Positions 8,585 through 17,805 of a stretch of DNA of 64,000 bases are shown piece after piece. Each line of letters starts with the position of its first letter. Position 1 is the stretch's first letter. The stretch lies in IMG/VR virus record IMGVR_UViG_3300040801_002923, positions 1 through 64,000 of that record. One strand, given 5' to 3'. Under the pieces are notes generated by a model. It saw nothing but the letters and a program-made list of their open reading frames with translations, was not told where the DNA came from and made no database searches. The stretch is from a virus. The translations under genes were made by a program, and so were the position numbers.

Positions 8585-11500
8585 TAATCAGTGCCTCCGT
8601 CTGCAAACGCTGTCTTCCTTCAAGTGTTACGAACGATGTTTTGAACACACCCGGATATCTATCTTTCGTTGACAAAGCGTCGAGCAAGACTTTGAAGAAG
8701 ATTCGATTGACAGTCTTGACCGTAAACGTGTTGTAGATAGTATCGAAGAACGATATCAAGCCACCTTCCGTCAGCGTTTCGTTGTTCTGGAAGAACACGT
8801 TGATATCAATCGGAGCAAAATCATTCGTCGGATCTGTTAGATCGTCAAGTACCGTCGCCAAAGCTAGTCTTCCATTAACAAACGCCTGCTGATCTTCCAG
8901 ACCAAAGCGCGTCTGTGTGCCAAATTCAGCATCGTATGCTTCGCGTGCAAACGAAGGTACACGGATAGTAGGATCGTTGAGCTTACGTCCAATAACAGCT
9001 TCAGTGATCTTATCCCACAAGCTTCGAGGAATCTTTGTTGGCTGTCCCGGTCGTAGAAGCGTCCACTCCGAGTGCAGTGTTTTGAGATCGAGAGGTTGCT
9101 GACCGATCACCGGCGCAGCAGCTGGCAACTCCGCTGGATTACTACGCGGGAAGAACTCATCACGCAATGTGAAGTCATGAGTGAACCTCAACACGTACCT
9201 GTCGTCATCATCAACGATGCCCGCAAGTCCGCGAATGATACATTGTGTATATCGCCGCGGGAAGTACACATTGGGTGTTCCGTTGATTGTTTTGGTTTCC
9301 TGATCAACGTATCCCGCCGGAACAATAAATGGCGTTGGAATCTCACGCAGCGTTTGCTCGGCGCTGGCCAGTGATGGGTTTGTCCCACTGCGTGTAGTTT
9401 TGCGACGAACCCAGAAGTAGTAGCGCTGCGCCGTCTGGTTAAATTCATCGACAACATTTCGAACAGTATAGTTGTAATCGCGGCGCTTCTGCGTCAAAGT
9501 AGAACTTGACGGAGTAACGGTAGGATCAAAATCCTGCTCATCATCTGTTGGTTCCACAATCTCCTTAACGATTGTTACGAGATCTGTGTCTTGCGTCGCA
9601 GGGATGACAACATTTCCGGCGCCATTAACAGTGTAAGTGCCTACTGAGAAACCGTTAACATAAACACCCACACTGTCGCCAACAGCGATGTTGTTAGGCG
9701 CGATGCCAGTGATTGCAGCAAACGTTGTGTTGCCAACATTACCTGTGGCACCGGGGGTATGTTTTGTGATCACACGCTCTAATTGCACCCAAAGACCGTC
9801 GTCAAATGGTGGAATTAGTGTGCTGCTCGTGCCTGTGGTTGTTATGTTGACCGCAGGACCATTCTCCACGGAGGCCACACGAAGACGACGGTTGGCGCTT
9901 GGCGCATCGATGTCAATAACGTAGTAGAACGTGTCTTCCTGAAGAGGAGCTGCTAGGTCGTCCCCTGCAAACAATACCTGGTCACCAAGAGAAATCACAC
10001 CGGCGCTATCATTGATGAAGATATCGTTGGTGGATGTGCTTTCGCTGACCACTGTCAGAGGCGCGCGAGTGCGAGTGAACACATCTGCTTTTGCTGTGCC
10101 GGATTTGCGAATCCGCGGATCACGCGTGATGTCAACCCCTTCGCGCTCGGCGGCCGCATCGTATTCTTCGGGCGGAACATCCGATTCTGTCCACTGATAG
10201 AGGACAATATCTGCCCACTCTGACAATTGACCCCAACGACGCGAGCGTGTATCTACGTCTGGAAAAATCACTGTATCGTGGTATGGTACGTATTCACGCG
10301 CAGAGGTGTCCCACCACGTCTCGCCCACCTGCGGCTCTACCCATGGACCATTGCTGACATTGGCAGGATCAAGCGATGTGCCGTAAGTCGCCGGATCGTT
10401 CGGCGACTCAATTGTAACTACATTTTCCGCAACGGCATAGTGACTGTTGCGTCGAGGATCCCACAACGGAACGTCGCTGATTACGATGTTGTCAACCGTA
10501 TCAATTACCTTAGCAGGATTCTGCGCATTTTTATGCGGGTTGATTGCGTAGAGGCGGAATACCGCACCCGGATCCAGCGCAAGCTCGGCAGCCGGATCTG
10601 TTGAGCTCACAACATGCTGACTATTGAAGTATGTGAATGCAGTCGTAGGCGTCTGTGGAGTACCATCCGAGGCGATCTTGATTACAACAGCTGCGTCGAA
10701 GAATACATCATCTTCGAATCGAATGAAGTACTGTCCACTTGTGCCCAAGAAACCAGTAGTGAATTCGTGTACGCCTGTGATGTCCGTGTCAAAGTAGAAC
10801 GTCGTACCGTTGTCCGCAAGCGAAACTACTTGATCAGGCTGATCAGCCCAGCGCGCTTGATCTGAGAGGAAGATCCCTTCAAACGTCGCAGGTGTATCAG
10901 CCACACGGTCCTGTGTTGGATCAAGAAACTGGATACGCTTCTCAACGCGGCGACCATCGCTTTCGATTAATCGAAGTGGAATGTACTCCTGCTCGCGGTT
11001 TGAACCAAACTCAGCAATCTTAAACGCCCACACCTCATCCACTTCAGCGCCATCAAACGTGCGAGAGTTCGCGAACGCATTCAAACCTTGCACAGCACCC
11101 TTAGAAGCAATGAATCCTGTCCAGAACGCAAACTGAGACTTAGGACTTACGTTAAGTTCCGTCAGGTATGGTTGAGTACCCGCACCAGGATATCCGATTG
11201 ATTTCCGACCTTCGCGGATCATGTCTGTGGATTCAAGAGAGCGATACTTATCGTAAGCATTCTGCAAATCTAGCGTAGACGATTCAATGTTGCGAAGCAG
11301 CTGCTGGTCTTGAGTTAGATAATAGCCACCAACTACCGGACGCTGTGTGAACTCTCGCTGCCTGAAGAACAGCAGCTCAAAGCGCGAGGTGTTCAACCCG
11401 ACGAACGGATCGTAGATTAGGAAGCCTTCGACTGAATTATCGTTAAACAGTACAACATGTTCCGTACCGTTGACAAAGAGGTTCGCACTTGCAATGTGTA

Positions 11501-14500
11501 GCGAGTCTCTCGTTGGATTCTGCGTTGCGGCCGGAAGCTCTGGATTGCGCTGTTGTTTCTGTACGTTGATTCTCGCGAGGCGATCAAGGCGGAATACCGC
11601 TAGCTGCTCCGTTGTTAGTTGGTTGCCGTTCTGGTCAGTGATTAACTGAATACCTCGAAGATCAGCAGCCGTAGCTTTGGAAATATCCGCCAGAATCCCT
11701 CGAGGCGTTTCCACCCAGAGATTCGTACGAGCTGGGTTAATCTCATACGAAGGAATTGTGTACTTACCACGCGTGAACTCTGCAAGATACTGTGGACCCG
11801 ATCCACCCGCCGTCAGCGCAATCGCATTACCAAGCAAAGCATCAGTGCGCGTTAGTGCCAACTTAACACGCGTCGGATCGTCTGTTGTGATCAAGAAGTA
11901 AGGGTTGTTTGGCAACAACGGCGTTGGGACAGTGCCGTTCAGCACGCCTGGTTGCACCAGTTGTCCTGTAACCCAGTTAGGTACATCTCCGGAGAACACA
12001 TACTCATCGGTCAAGATATCAACACTAGCTTGGAACGTTTCAGGCTGTGCCTGACGGAAAGACCGCAACCGGAAGATGCTGTCAATAAAGCGCTCGGTTT
12101 CCGTCTCCCACGAAATTGGAGTACGAAGATCCGGATCTAGCTCAACATGATCACTGTTGAATACGAAGCCCTCTTCACGCTCGACCGCCGCATACCCATC
12201 CACAATATTGATTAGGTTCTGGACACCATTGATCGAAGTTGGTGGCGTAATCGTTAGTAGACTATCGTGGTCGAGGACGAAGTGCTTCCACTCACGGTCT
12301 GTCGCTTCGCCGTCGAGAGCCACGAATCGATAGCTAATCTGACCGACTTCAATGCGACCTTGCCCGCGTGTAGTTACGTCAAGGGCCACACCCTCGTGTG
12401 CCAAGTGCTGGGACTCTGCCAGCTGGAAAGATGTATCCGACACCGGGATCACGTAGTATGTTGTGTTCGCCTGCAGTGGTACCGGAACGCCGATCGTTGA
12501 TGAAATCTCGACAGGATCACCCACCTGCCACTGCAGTTTACGGTAGTCGGCAACCAACACCCCGTCAACAGCAGGACTTGGGAATGATGTGCCTATCGAC
12601 ACGTATGTTACATCGTTACCTGAATCATACACGACGTTTGTAGCCGTGTATGAACCGTTATTACCTGCCGACTGTGTGATTGTAAAGTCGTTGTTCAGAG
12701 AGAATGCTTCCGTCTGATTACCGAGGAGCGTAATCACACCGGTGATCTGATCAAGTGCTGTAATGTTGTACTCGTAGATCGAAAAGATACTACTTCCTGT
12801 CGTTGGTGTGGTTGCTACACGAACCGGATAGTTGCGTACGTTATAGTACGAAAGCTGGCGTACATCCGGTGCGAACGTATCAAGCTGGAAGTTCCACAGC
12901 GACTCCGTATCTTGGCTGATCAAGCGATTAGGAACTCTCAGAACGCTAACTTTTAGGGCATCAAACGTTAGATTGTCAATCCCGATAGAATTCTTTAGAA
13001 CAACACGATAATCGCGAGCATTAACATCAAAGTTTGGCGTATCGACAGTAAACGTGTTGGTGTCGATCACGGAGCCGAACTGATACGCCAGCAGTGGATT
13101 CCAGTTTGTCCACAGTGGTCGGAAGTTCGATGCAACTGTATCGAAGCCCGAGCTACGATTGAAGTTCACATACCACTGGTTCAACCCCTCGAAGCTCAGA
13201 ACTTGGTTAACGTTCTGGATATCACCATGAAAGCGTACATCCTTATGGCTATACACCTTCTCAAGATCGACGTTGATGTTCAGACCACCAACGTCGATAA
13301 ACTCTTCACCGAACGTTGCATGGAAAAATCTCACAGGGTCCATGCGGAAGCCAACAGTGAGATCATCATATAGACGCTGTGCTGTTTGTGTCCATTCAAA
13401 CTCCACCGGTCCACGATCACCGAAAGCGTAATCTGCAGACGGTGCTACAATTTCGCTGATAGATTGGTACAGAGAACGAACCACAGCAGAACCACCGTTT
13501 GCAACATAATCCCAATATGGTGGGAACACATCGTCCGGTGCATAGCCGTCCAGAACACTGTCGTCAATGTTGACAGAGAAATAGTTGTATGTAAATGGCA
13601 CATCACCAGCAAGACCCGTACCAACGCTTACGCCGTCTGGAAGCAGCTGACCGGCGGGAACGGCCCCAACGCGGATATTTTCCCACATACCGGATGCAGT
13701 TGCATGATCATAGATCCATCGGCGGGCACCAGATGTGTCGAGATACTCATCGTCCCACCACGCAGGCTTTTCATCATATCCCTGCAAGCGCCATGGCTCC
13801 AGGTGCGGGTAAGGAGTGTTGTAGAGGCGGTTGTACAGATCTAGCCACCATCCACCGGTTCCCGTCTGGCCTGTTCGCGGATACTGTATTGGAATCGATT
13901 GCTTATAGTTCCACGTAAACGGATCCGCTGGATCGTAGAATTGAGCCGAAGAGAACGCTTCGTCAATTTCTTGCGTTCGCAGCCACGCAACAAATGCGTC
14001 CTGCAGATACTGATTAAACGTGTCCGCTTCAGTAATTGTCGGGTTGACATCAGGGCATGAGATTTCACTTGTTGCGAGAGCTGGTACATCGAAAGCAAGC
14101 TCTTCGAGCTCTGGCGCGAAATCATACAAGCGTGTTTCGACCTCAAGTAGCAGCTGCGCAAGTGTTCGATCTAGATCAACTTCCTCCCATGCATCACCAA
14201 TCAGACCGTCCCCAACAGCTGTAACCGGCTGCCATACTGATGATGTGTCGAGACGACGCAAGGTATTCGTCGAAGTATCATACCACAGGGCGCCGACGCC
14301 AACATCGATTGGAGCCAGCGCGCTGACAGCTGTTGCCGCAAAGCGGAACAGCGTACGGTTAGACCCGACTGCTTGATACCAATAGATGCCCGCGCGCGGC
14401 GTAGTAGCATTGCTCAGGTCCACAAACGTAGTAGGTGGAGCCGACGACGACTGAATCCCCCAACGCTCATTTTCCAGAGAGCGTGGGTCGAATGCATTGA

Positions 14501-17500
14501 TTGTCGTTTGAATTAATGCTTCGCGGGTGGTCTGCGTCAAAGCTGGCGCTGATCTGTGCCCATCGTGGTGAATCAGCTGCAGCAGGCTTAATTCAGTATC
14601 CTCTATCAGATGCGGGCGACGCGCAAATGCCATTCGAACAAAAGGAAGCGTAGCTGGCCAATTGCGCACACCTTGATCAGTTGCAGCATCGTATGCGTTG
14701 CTATCGCCGTACAGTACTGCGAGATAATCATTCGTTTCATAACGTCGGATAACGTCCTCGGTGATCGATGCACCAAGCTCACTAATGAACCCCACGTCTG
14801 GGTTTGTGAGGTACGAGACCACATTATCACGGTAAATCTCTTTCAGAGTGCTGAGAGAGTTGAGATACTGTTGGTGTGCGAAATCAATAACACCACGCGG
14901 CGTGACATTGTCAACAAACAGAGCCGACAGTAACGTATCGTAGCTGAAATTATGCTCCTTGATCAGTCCACCGAGACCGTAGTTAGGGTTAAGCAGCAGA
15001 TAGAAAGTGTTGCCTGGGTTAACGATACCCGGTAGAGATGCCTGCTCTGCGATGATCGAAGAGAAGTGTGACACTATCTCTCTAAGATTTATTTCACGGC
15101 GATTCTCGTGCTCGCTGTTAAAATACAACTGATCAGGAATCTCCCAGAATCCCTCGGGATCATTAACAGGAAGTGGGTTACGGTTGGTGTCAACATATTC
15201 AGGAACATACACCTCTCCATTAAGACCTTCGCGCCATATCGTTTGCGGAGTACCGTTCAAGAGGAAGGCTAGCATACGTTCGCCGTCATCTTTTAGCAGC
15301 AGCTGTTCAAAAACGTAATTACCGTTAGGTCCAATTTCCAAACGAAAGCCTGTCAGCGGGTTGACAGGAGAATCTTGTGATGTCTTAAACCTGAACAACG
15401 AGTTTGCTTGGAAAGCGTCAGTGCCGTCGACGTTGACTACATCGAACAACGGATACTGGGTTGTTGCTGTTTTCACTTGCTCACTGCGACGATACTCGAC
15501 CAGCGACCGAAGCTCAGGACCGTCAGTGCCAAACTGCGTCTCGTCTTCAATCGTTCGAACTTCAATGGAATCAAATCCAAGATCAAGAGCACTAGGTGGA
15601 CCGACTTCAATCCGAACGTTGGAATTTGCGGGGATATCATTATCGAAGATCACACCCACTACGTAGCTGCTTGTACCCCCGTTATCATCCTCAACGAACT
15701 GACCGTACTGACGGATGCCGTCGACAAACACACGAATATCATTCTGACCAACCACTGCCCGTTGGTCCATGTAGATGTTCTGCACTGTTAGCGTAGGATC
15801 TGCAAAAACAGAATCTATAGGGAACGATGTGCCTGCAGGTACGCCCCCAGGCTGTGTGATTGTGTACTCAACGGCGTATCGATACACCGAATCACCAAAT
15901 GCCGTTGGGTCAACGAGTGAGCTCAGCAGCATCTGTGCCGAATACACGGAGTCGATAAGAATTGGCGTTACCGTCGATGTAGGATCAATATTCACATCTG
16001 GATTCGGTAGCTTAGGTGTTACAGGCACTGTATCGAGCGTATCCGATAGCAACCAGTGCTCATTGTAGTTGCGCCACGGATCACCGAAAGATGTGAACAC
16101 CGGGATAATGCGACCTGGTCCCGCAAGCGTTGGGAAGGTAGCAAACGTACCATTGATCGTAATTTTAGTGACGGCTTGGCCAGTAGGGACCAGACCTGGG
16201 TCAGATACAAATTCTGACGAGGACACTACGTAATCAATATTGTTCCCAGCGGCTGGACTACCTTCGATCGCAAACTCAAAACCAGGGACGAACGTTGCTG
16301 TTTGATCACCAAGTTCCGGCGGAAGAACTATTGTGGTCGAATCGGTAATGAGATACTTGAGAGGCTCAAGCTCAACGATCGACGGCTTCAGCGTCGATTC
16401 TGCAAATGCTGTGAACTGACTGGCACGATACTTCCAGACGTACTGACGGAAGTTCCACTCGTTAAGCTGCACCTGCGCGCTGTATTCAATAATTGGTTGC
16501 GTCGCCTGACGCGCTGTTGCTGTATTGTTGACAGCATTCTTGTGTACCCAGCGATTCTGCTCGATCCACTGGTTTGTCTCTGTCTCGCAGCTTCCAGCAC
16601 GATCCCAGAACAGTTCACCGAACTCCGATCGTGACTGTATGTAATCGAGGATATCTTGGAAGTTCGCAACGACTACAACCCAGTTTGCTCCGTCGAACTG
16701 CTTCAGTGATCCATCCGTCAGGTCATACCAAATGTCTGTCAGCTCAGGCGGCTGACCACCATTACCTGCAGTTACCCAGTCCCCGTCCAGTCTACCTGGT
16801 GCGGATTCGCCCGCGGCATTCTGATTCTGACTGATCGCATTAAAAGTACCGGTAGGAGCTCCAACGAGGAAGCCGAGGAAGCCCAAGTTGTTGCCGTCCC
16901 AAACGCCCTGATCCCAACCAATGTCACCGTCACATAGACACGTGCGCTCGAGGAAGAATAGCGTGAGAAGCTCTGTGAGAGAAACTACACCGTCGACTGG
17001 CGACGCGGAAGCAATCGCTTGATCCACAACGATTATCGTCGTTTCCGTATCCGGGTCAAAGGATGAGGAAAGGGTGGTAAAGAATGTGTTGTTGATTGAG
17101 CTGTTAGTTGACCCACGAACGAAAAATCTGAACTGCGAACGGAACAACTCCGTTTGATCTCCACCAACAGTAATCGTATTATCTGCGGCGCTCAAATCTA
17201 CAACGTCAAACTCAGTGCCGAAGAGATCGAGCGTTTCTTGGTACGCAGCCACAAACTGTTGTGCTCGAGTGCAACGATTTTCGATCGTGACATATTGCTG
17301 CGGTGACGAAGGATCTACCGGATCAACCCAGAAGTAGTCACGGAAGTTGATTAGCTTGTCAAGATCGATAGGTGGAATCCAATTGAAGCTCTTGGCACTA
17401 CCCCAAATCTTTTGGCGACACAGGTCTACACCTAGCCGGTCGAGCTCGTTGAGGAGATCTACGTAGGAAGCAGTGAAATTCTGACCGCCAATGCGTGTGT

Positions 17501-17741
17501 TGAGCAACGGCTGCAGCTGGAACGCCTGACGGTGCGGCGTCGGCTCTTCGATTTGTCGATTCTGAAGCGCTGGCGGAATGTTACCAACTAGACCATTGGC
17601 GCGCTCGATCTCAGGCTTCGAAAATAGACGGTTGAAAGCGTTGTTAAACACACTTTCATTCGTCGAGGACCGAAAAACCTCTGGTAGGAATTCAAATAGA
17701 TCCGAAAACTCTTGACTGAAGTCACTGTTTTTGTTAGGCAC
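8577..17741 (-). CDS. Giant baseplate wedge-like structural protein (3054 aa)
   Basis: Uninterrupted 9.1-kb ORF directly after the gp6-like gene. N-terminal LFEFLPEVFRS motif; repeated beta modules (PxPL...YYVI; GNNGSYT). TAAATA at 17766-17771. Confidence 0.75.
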   Translation of the reverse strand: MPNKNSDFSQEFSDLFEFLPEVFRSSTNESVFNNAFNRLFSKPEIERANGLVGNIPPALQNRQIEEPTPHRQAFQLQPLLNTRIGGQNFTASYVDLLNELDRLGVDLCRQKIWGSAKSFNWIPPIDLDKLINFRDYFWVDPVDPSSPQQYVTIENRCTRAQQFVAAYQETLDLFGTEFDVVDLSAADNTITVGGDQTELFRSQFRFFVRGSTNSSINNTFFTTLSSSFDPDTETTIIVVDQAIASASPVDGVVSLTELLTLFFLERTCLCDGDIGWDQGVWDGNNLGFLGFLVGAPTGTFNAISQNQNAAGESAPGRLDGDWVTAGNGGQPPELTDIWYDLTDGSLKQFDGANWVVVVANFQDILDYIQSRSEFGELFWDRAGSCETETNQWIEQNRWVHKNAVNNTATARQATQPIIEYSAQVQLNEWNFRQYVWKYRASQFTAFAESTLKPSIVELEPLKYLITDSTTIVLPPELGDQTATFVPGFEFAIEGSPAAGNNIDYVVSSSEFVSDPGLVPTGQAVTKITINGTFATFPTLAGPGRIIPVFTSFGDPWRNYNEHWLLSDTLDTVPVTPKLPNPDVNIDPTSTVTPILIDSVYSAQMLLSSLVDPTAFGDSVYRYAVEYTITQPGGVPAGTSFPIDSVFADPTLTVQNIYMDQRAVVGQNDIRVFVDGIRQYGQFVEDDNGGTSSYVVGVIFDNDIPANSNVRIEVGPPSALDLGFDSIEVRTIEDETQFGTDGPELRSLVEYRRSEQVKTATTQYPLFDVVNVDGTDAFQANSLFRFKTSQDSPVNPLTGFRLEIGPNGNYVFEQLLLKDDGERMLAFLLNGTPQTIWREGLNGEVYVPEYVDTNRNPLPVNDPEGFWEIPDQLYFNSEHENRREINLREIVSHFSSIIAEQASLPGIVNPGNTFYLLLNPNYGLGGLIKEHNFSYDTLLSALFVDNVTPRGVIDFAHQQYLNSLSTLKEIYRDNVVSYLTNPDVGFISELGASITEDVIRRYETNDYLAVLYGDSNAYDAATDQGVRNWPATLPFVRMAFARRPHLIEDTELSLLQLIHHDGHRSAPALTQTTREALIQTTINAFDPRSLENERWGIQSSSAPPTTFVDLSNATTPRAGIYWYQAVGSNRTLFRFAATAVSALAPIDVGVGALWYDTSTNTLRRLDTSSVWQPVTAVGDGLIGDAWEEVDLDRTLAQLLLEVETRLYDFAPELEELAFDVPALATSEISCPDVNPTITEADTFNQYLQDAFVAWLRTQEIDEAFSSAQFYDPADPFTWNYKQSIPIQYPRTGQTGTGGWWLDLYNRLYNTPYPHLEPWRLQGYDEKPAWWDDEYLDTSGARRWIYDHATASGMWENIRVGAVPAGQLLPDGVSVGTGLAGDVPFTYNYFSVNIDDSVLDGYAPDDVFPPYWDYVANGGSAVVRSLYQSISEIVAPSADYAFGDRGPVEFEWTQTAQRLYDDLTVGFRMDPVRFFHATFGEEFIDVGGLNINVDLEKVYSHKDVRFHGDIQNVNQVLSFEGLNQWYVNFNRSSGFDTVASNFRPLWTNWNPLLAYQFGSVIDTNTFTVDTPNFDVNARDYRVVLKNSIGIDNLTFDALKVSVLRVPNRLISQDTESLWNFQLDTFAPDVRQLSYYNVRNYPVRVATTPTTGSSIFSIYEYNITALDQITGVITLLGNQTEAFSLNNDFTITQSAGNNGSYTATNVVYDSGNDVTYVSIGTSFPSPAVDGVLVADYRKLQWQVGDPVEISSTIGVPVPLQANTTYYVIPVSDTSFQLAESQHLAHEGVALDVTTRGQGRIEVGQISYRFVALDGEATDREWKHFVLDHDSLLTITPPTSINGVQNLINIVDGYAAVEREEGFVFNSDHVELDPDLRTPISWETETERFIDSIFRLRSFRQAQPETFQASVDILTDEYVFSGDVPNWVTGQLVQPGVLNGTVPTPLLPNNPYFLITTDDPTRVKLALTRTDALLGNAIALTAGGSGPQYLAEFTRGKYTIPSYEINPARTNLWVETPRGILADISKATAADLRGIQLITDQNGNQLTTEQLAVFRLDRLARINVQKQQRNPELPAATQNPTRDSLHIASANLFVNGTEHVVLFNDNSVEGFLIYDPFVGLNTSRFELLFFRQREFTQRPVVGGYYLTQDQQLLRNIESSTLDLQNAYDKYRSLESTDMIREGRKSIGYPGAGTQPYLTELNVSPKSQFAFWTGFIASKGAVQGLNAFANSRTFDGAEVDEVWAFKIAEFGSNREQEYIPLRLIESDGRRVEKRIQFLDPTQDRVADTPATFEGIFLSDQARWADQPDQVVSLADNGTTFYFDTDITGVHEFTTGFLGTSGQYFIRFEDDVFFDAAVVIKIASDGTPQTPTTAFTYFNSQHVVSSTDPAAELALDPGAVFRLYAINPHKNAQNPAKVIDTVDNIVISDVPLWDPRRNSHYAVAENVVTIESPNDPATYGTSLDPANVSNGPWVEPQVGETWWDTSAREYVPYHDTVIFPDVDTRSRRWGQLSEWADIVLYQWTESDVPPEEYDAAAEREGVDITRDPRIRKSGTAKADVFTRTRAPLTVVSESTSTNDIFINDSAGVISLGDQVLFAGDDLAAPLQEDTFYYVIDIDAPSANRRLRVASVENGPAVNITTTGTSSTLIPPFDDGLWVQLERVITKHTPGATGNVGNTTFAAITGIAPNNIAVGDSVGVYVNGFSVGTYTVNGAGNVVIPATQDTDLVTIVKEIVEPTDDEQDFDPTVTPSSSTLTQKRRDYNYTVRNVVDEFNQTAQRYYFWVRRKTTRSGTNPSLASAEQTLREIPTPFIVPAGYVDQETKTINGTPNVYFPRRYTQCIIRGLAGIVDDDDRYVLRFTHDFTLRDEFFPRSNPAELPAAAPVIGQQPLDLKTLHSEWTLLRPGQPTKIPRSLWDKITEAVIGRKLNDPTIRVPSFAREAYDAEFGTQTRFGLEDQQAFVNGRLALATVLDDLTDPTNDFAPIDINVFFQNNETLTEGGLISFFDTIYNTFTVKTVNRIFFKVLLDALSTKDRYPGVFKTSFVTLEGRQRLQTEALING

Positions 17742-17805
17742 TTGCTGATATCTCCGCGTTCGAGATATTTATCGCGGGCGTTCAGGGGTCAACTACCGGA
17801 CCCCT

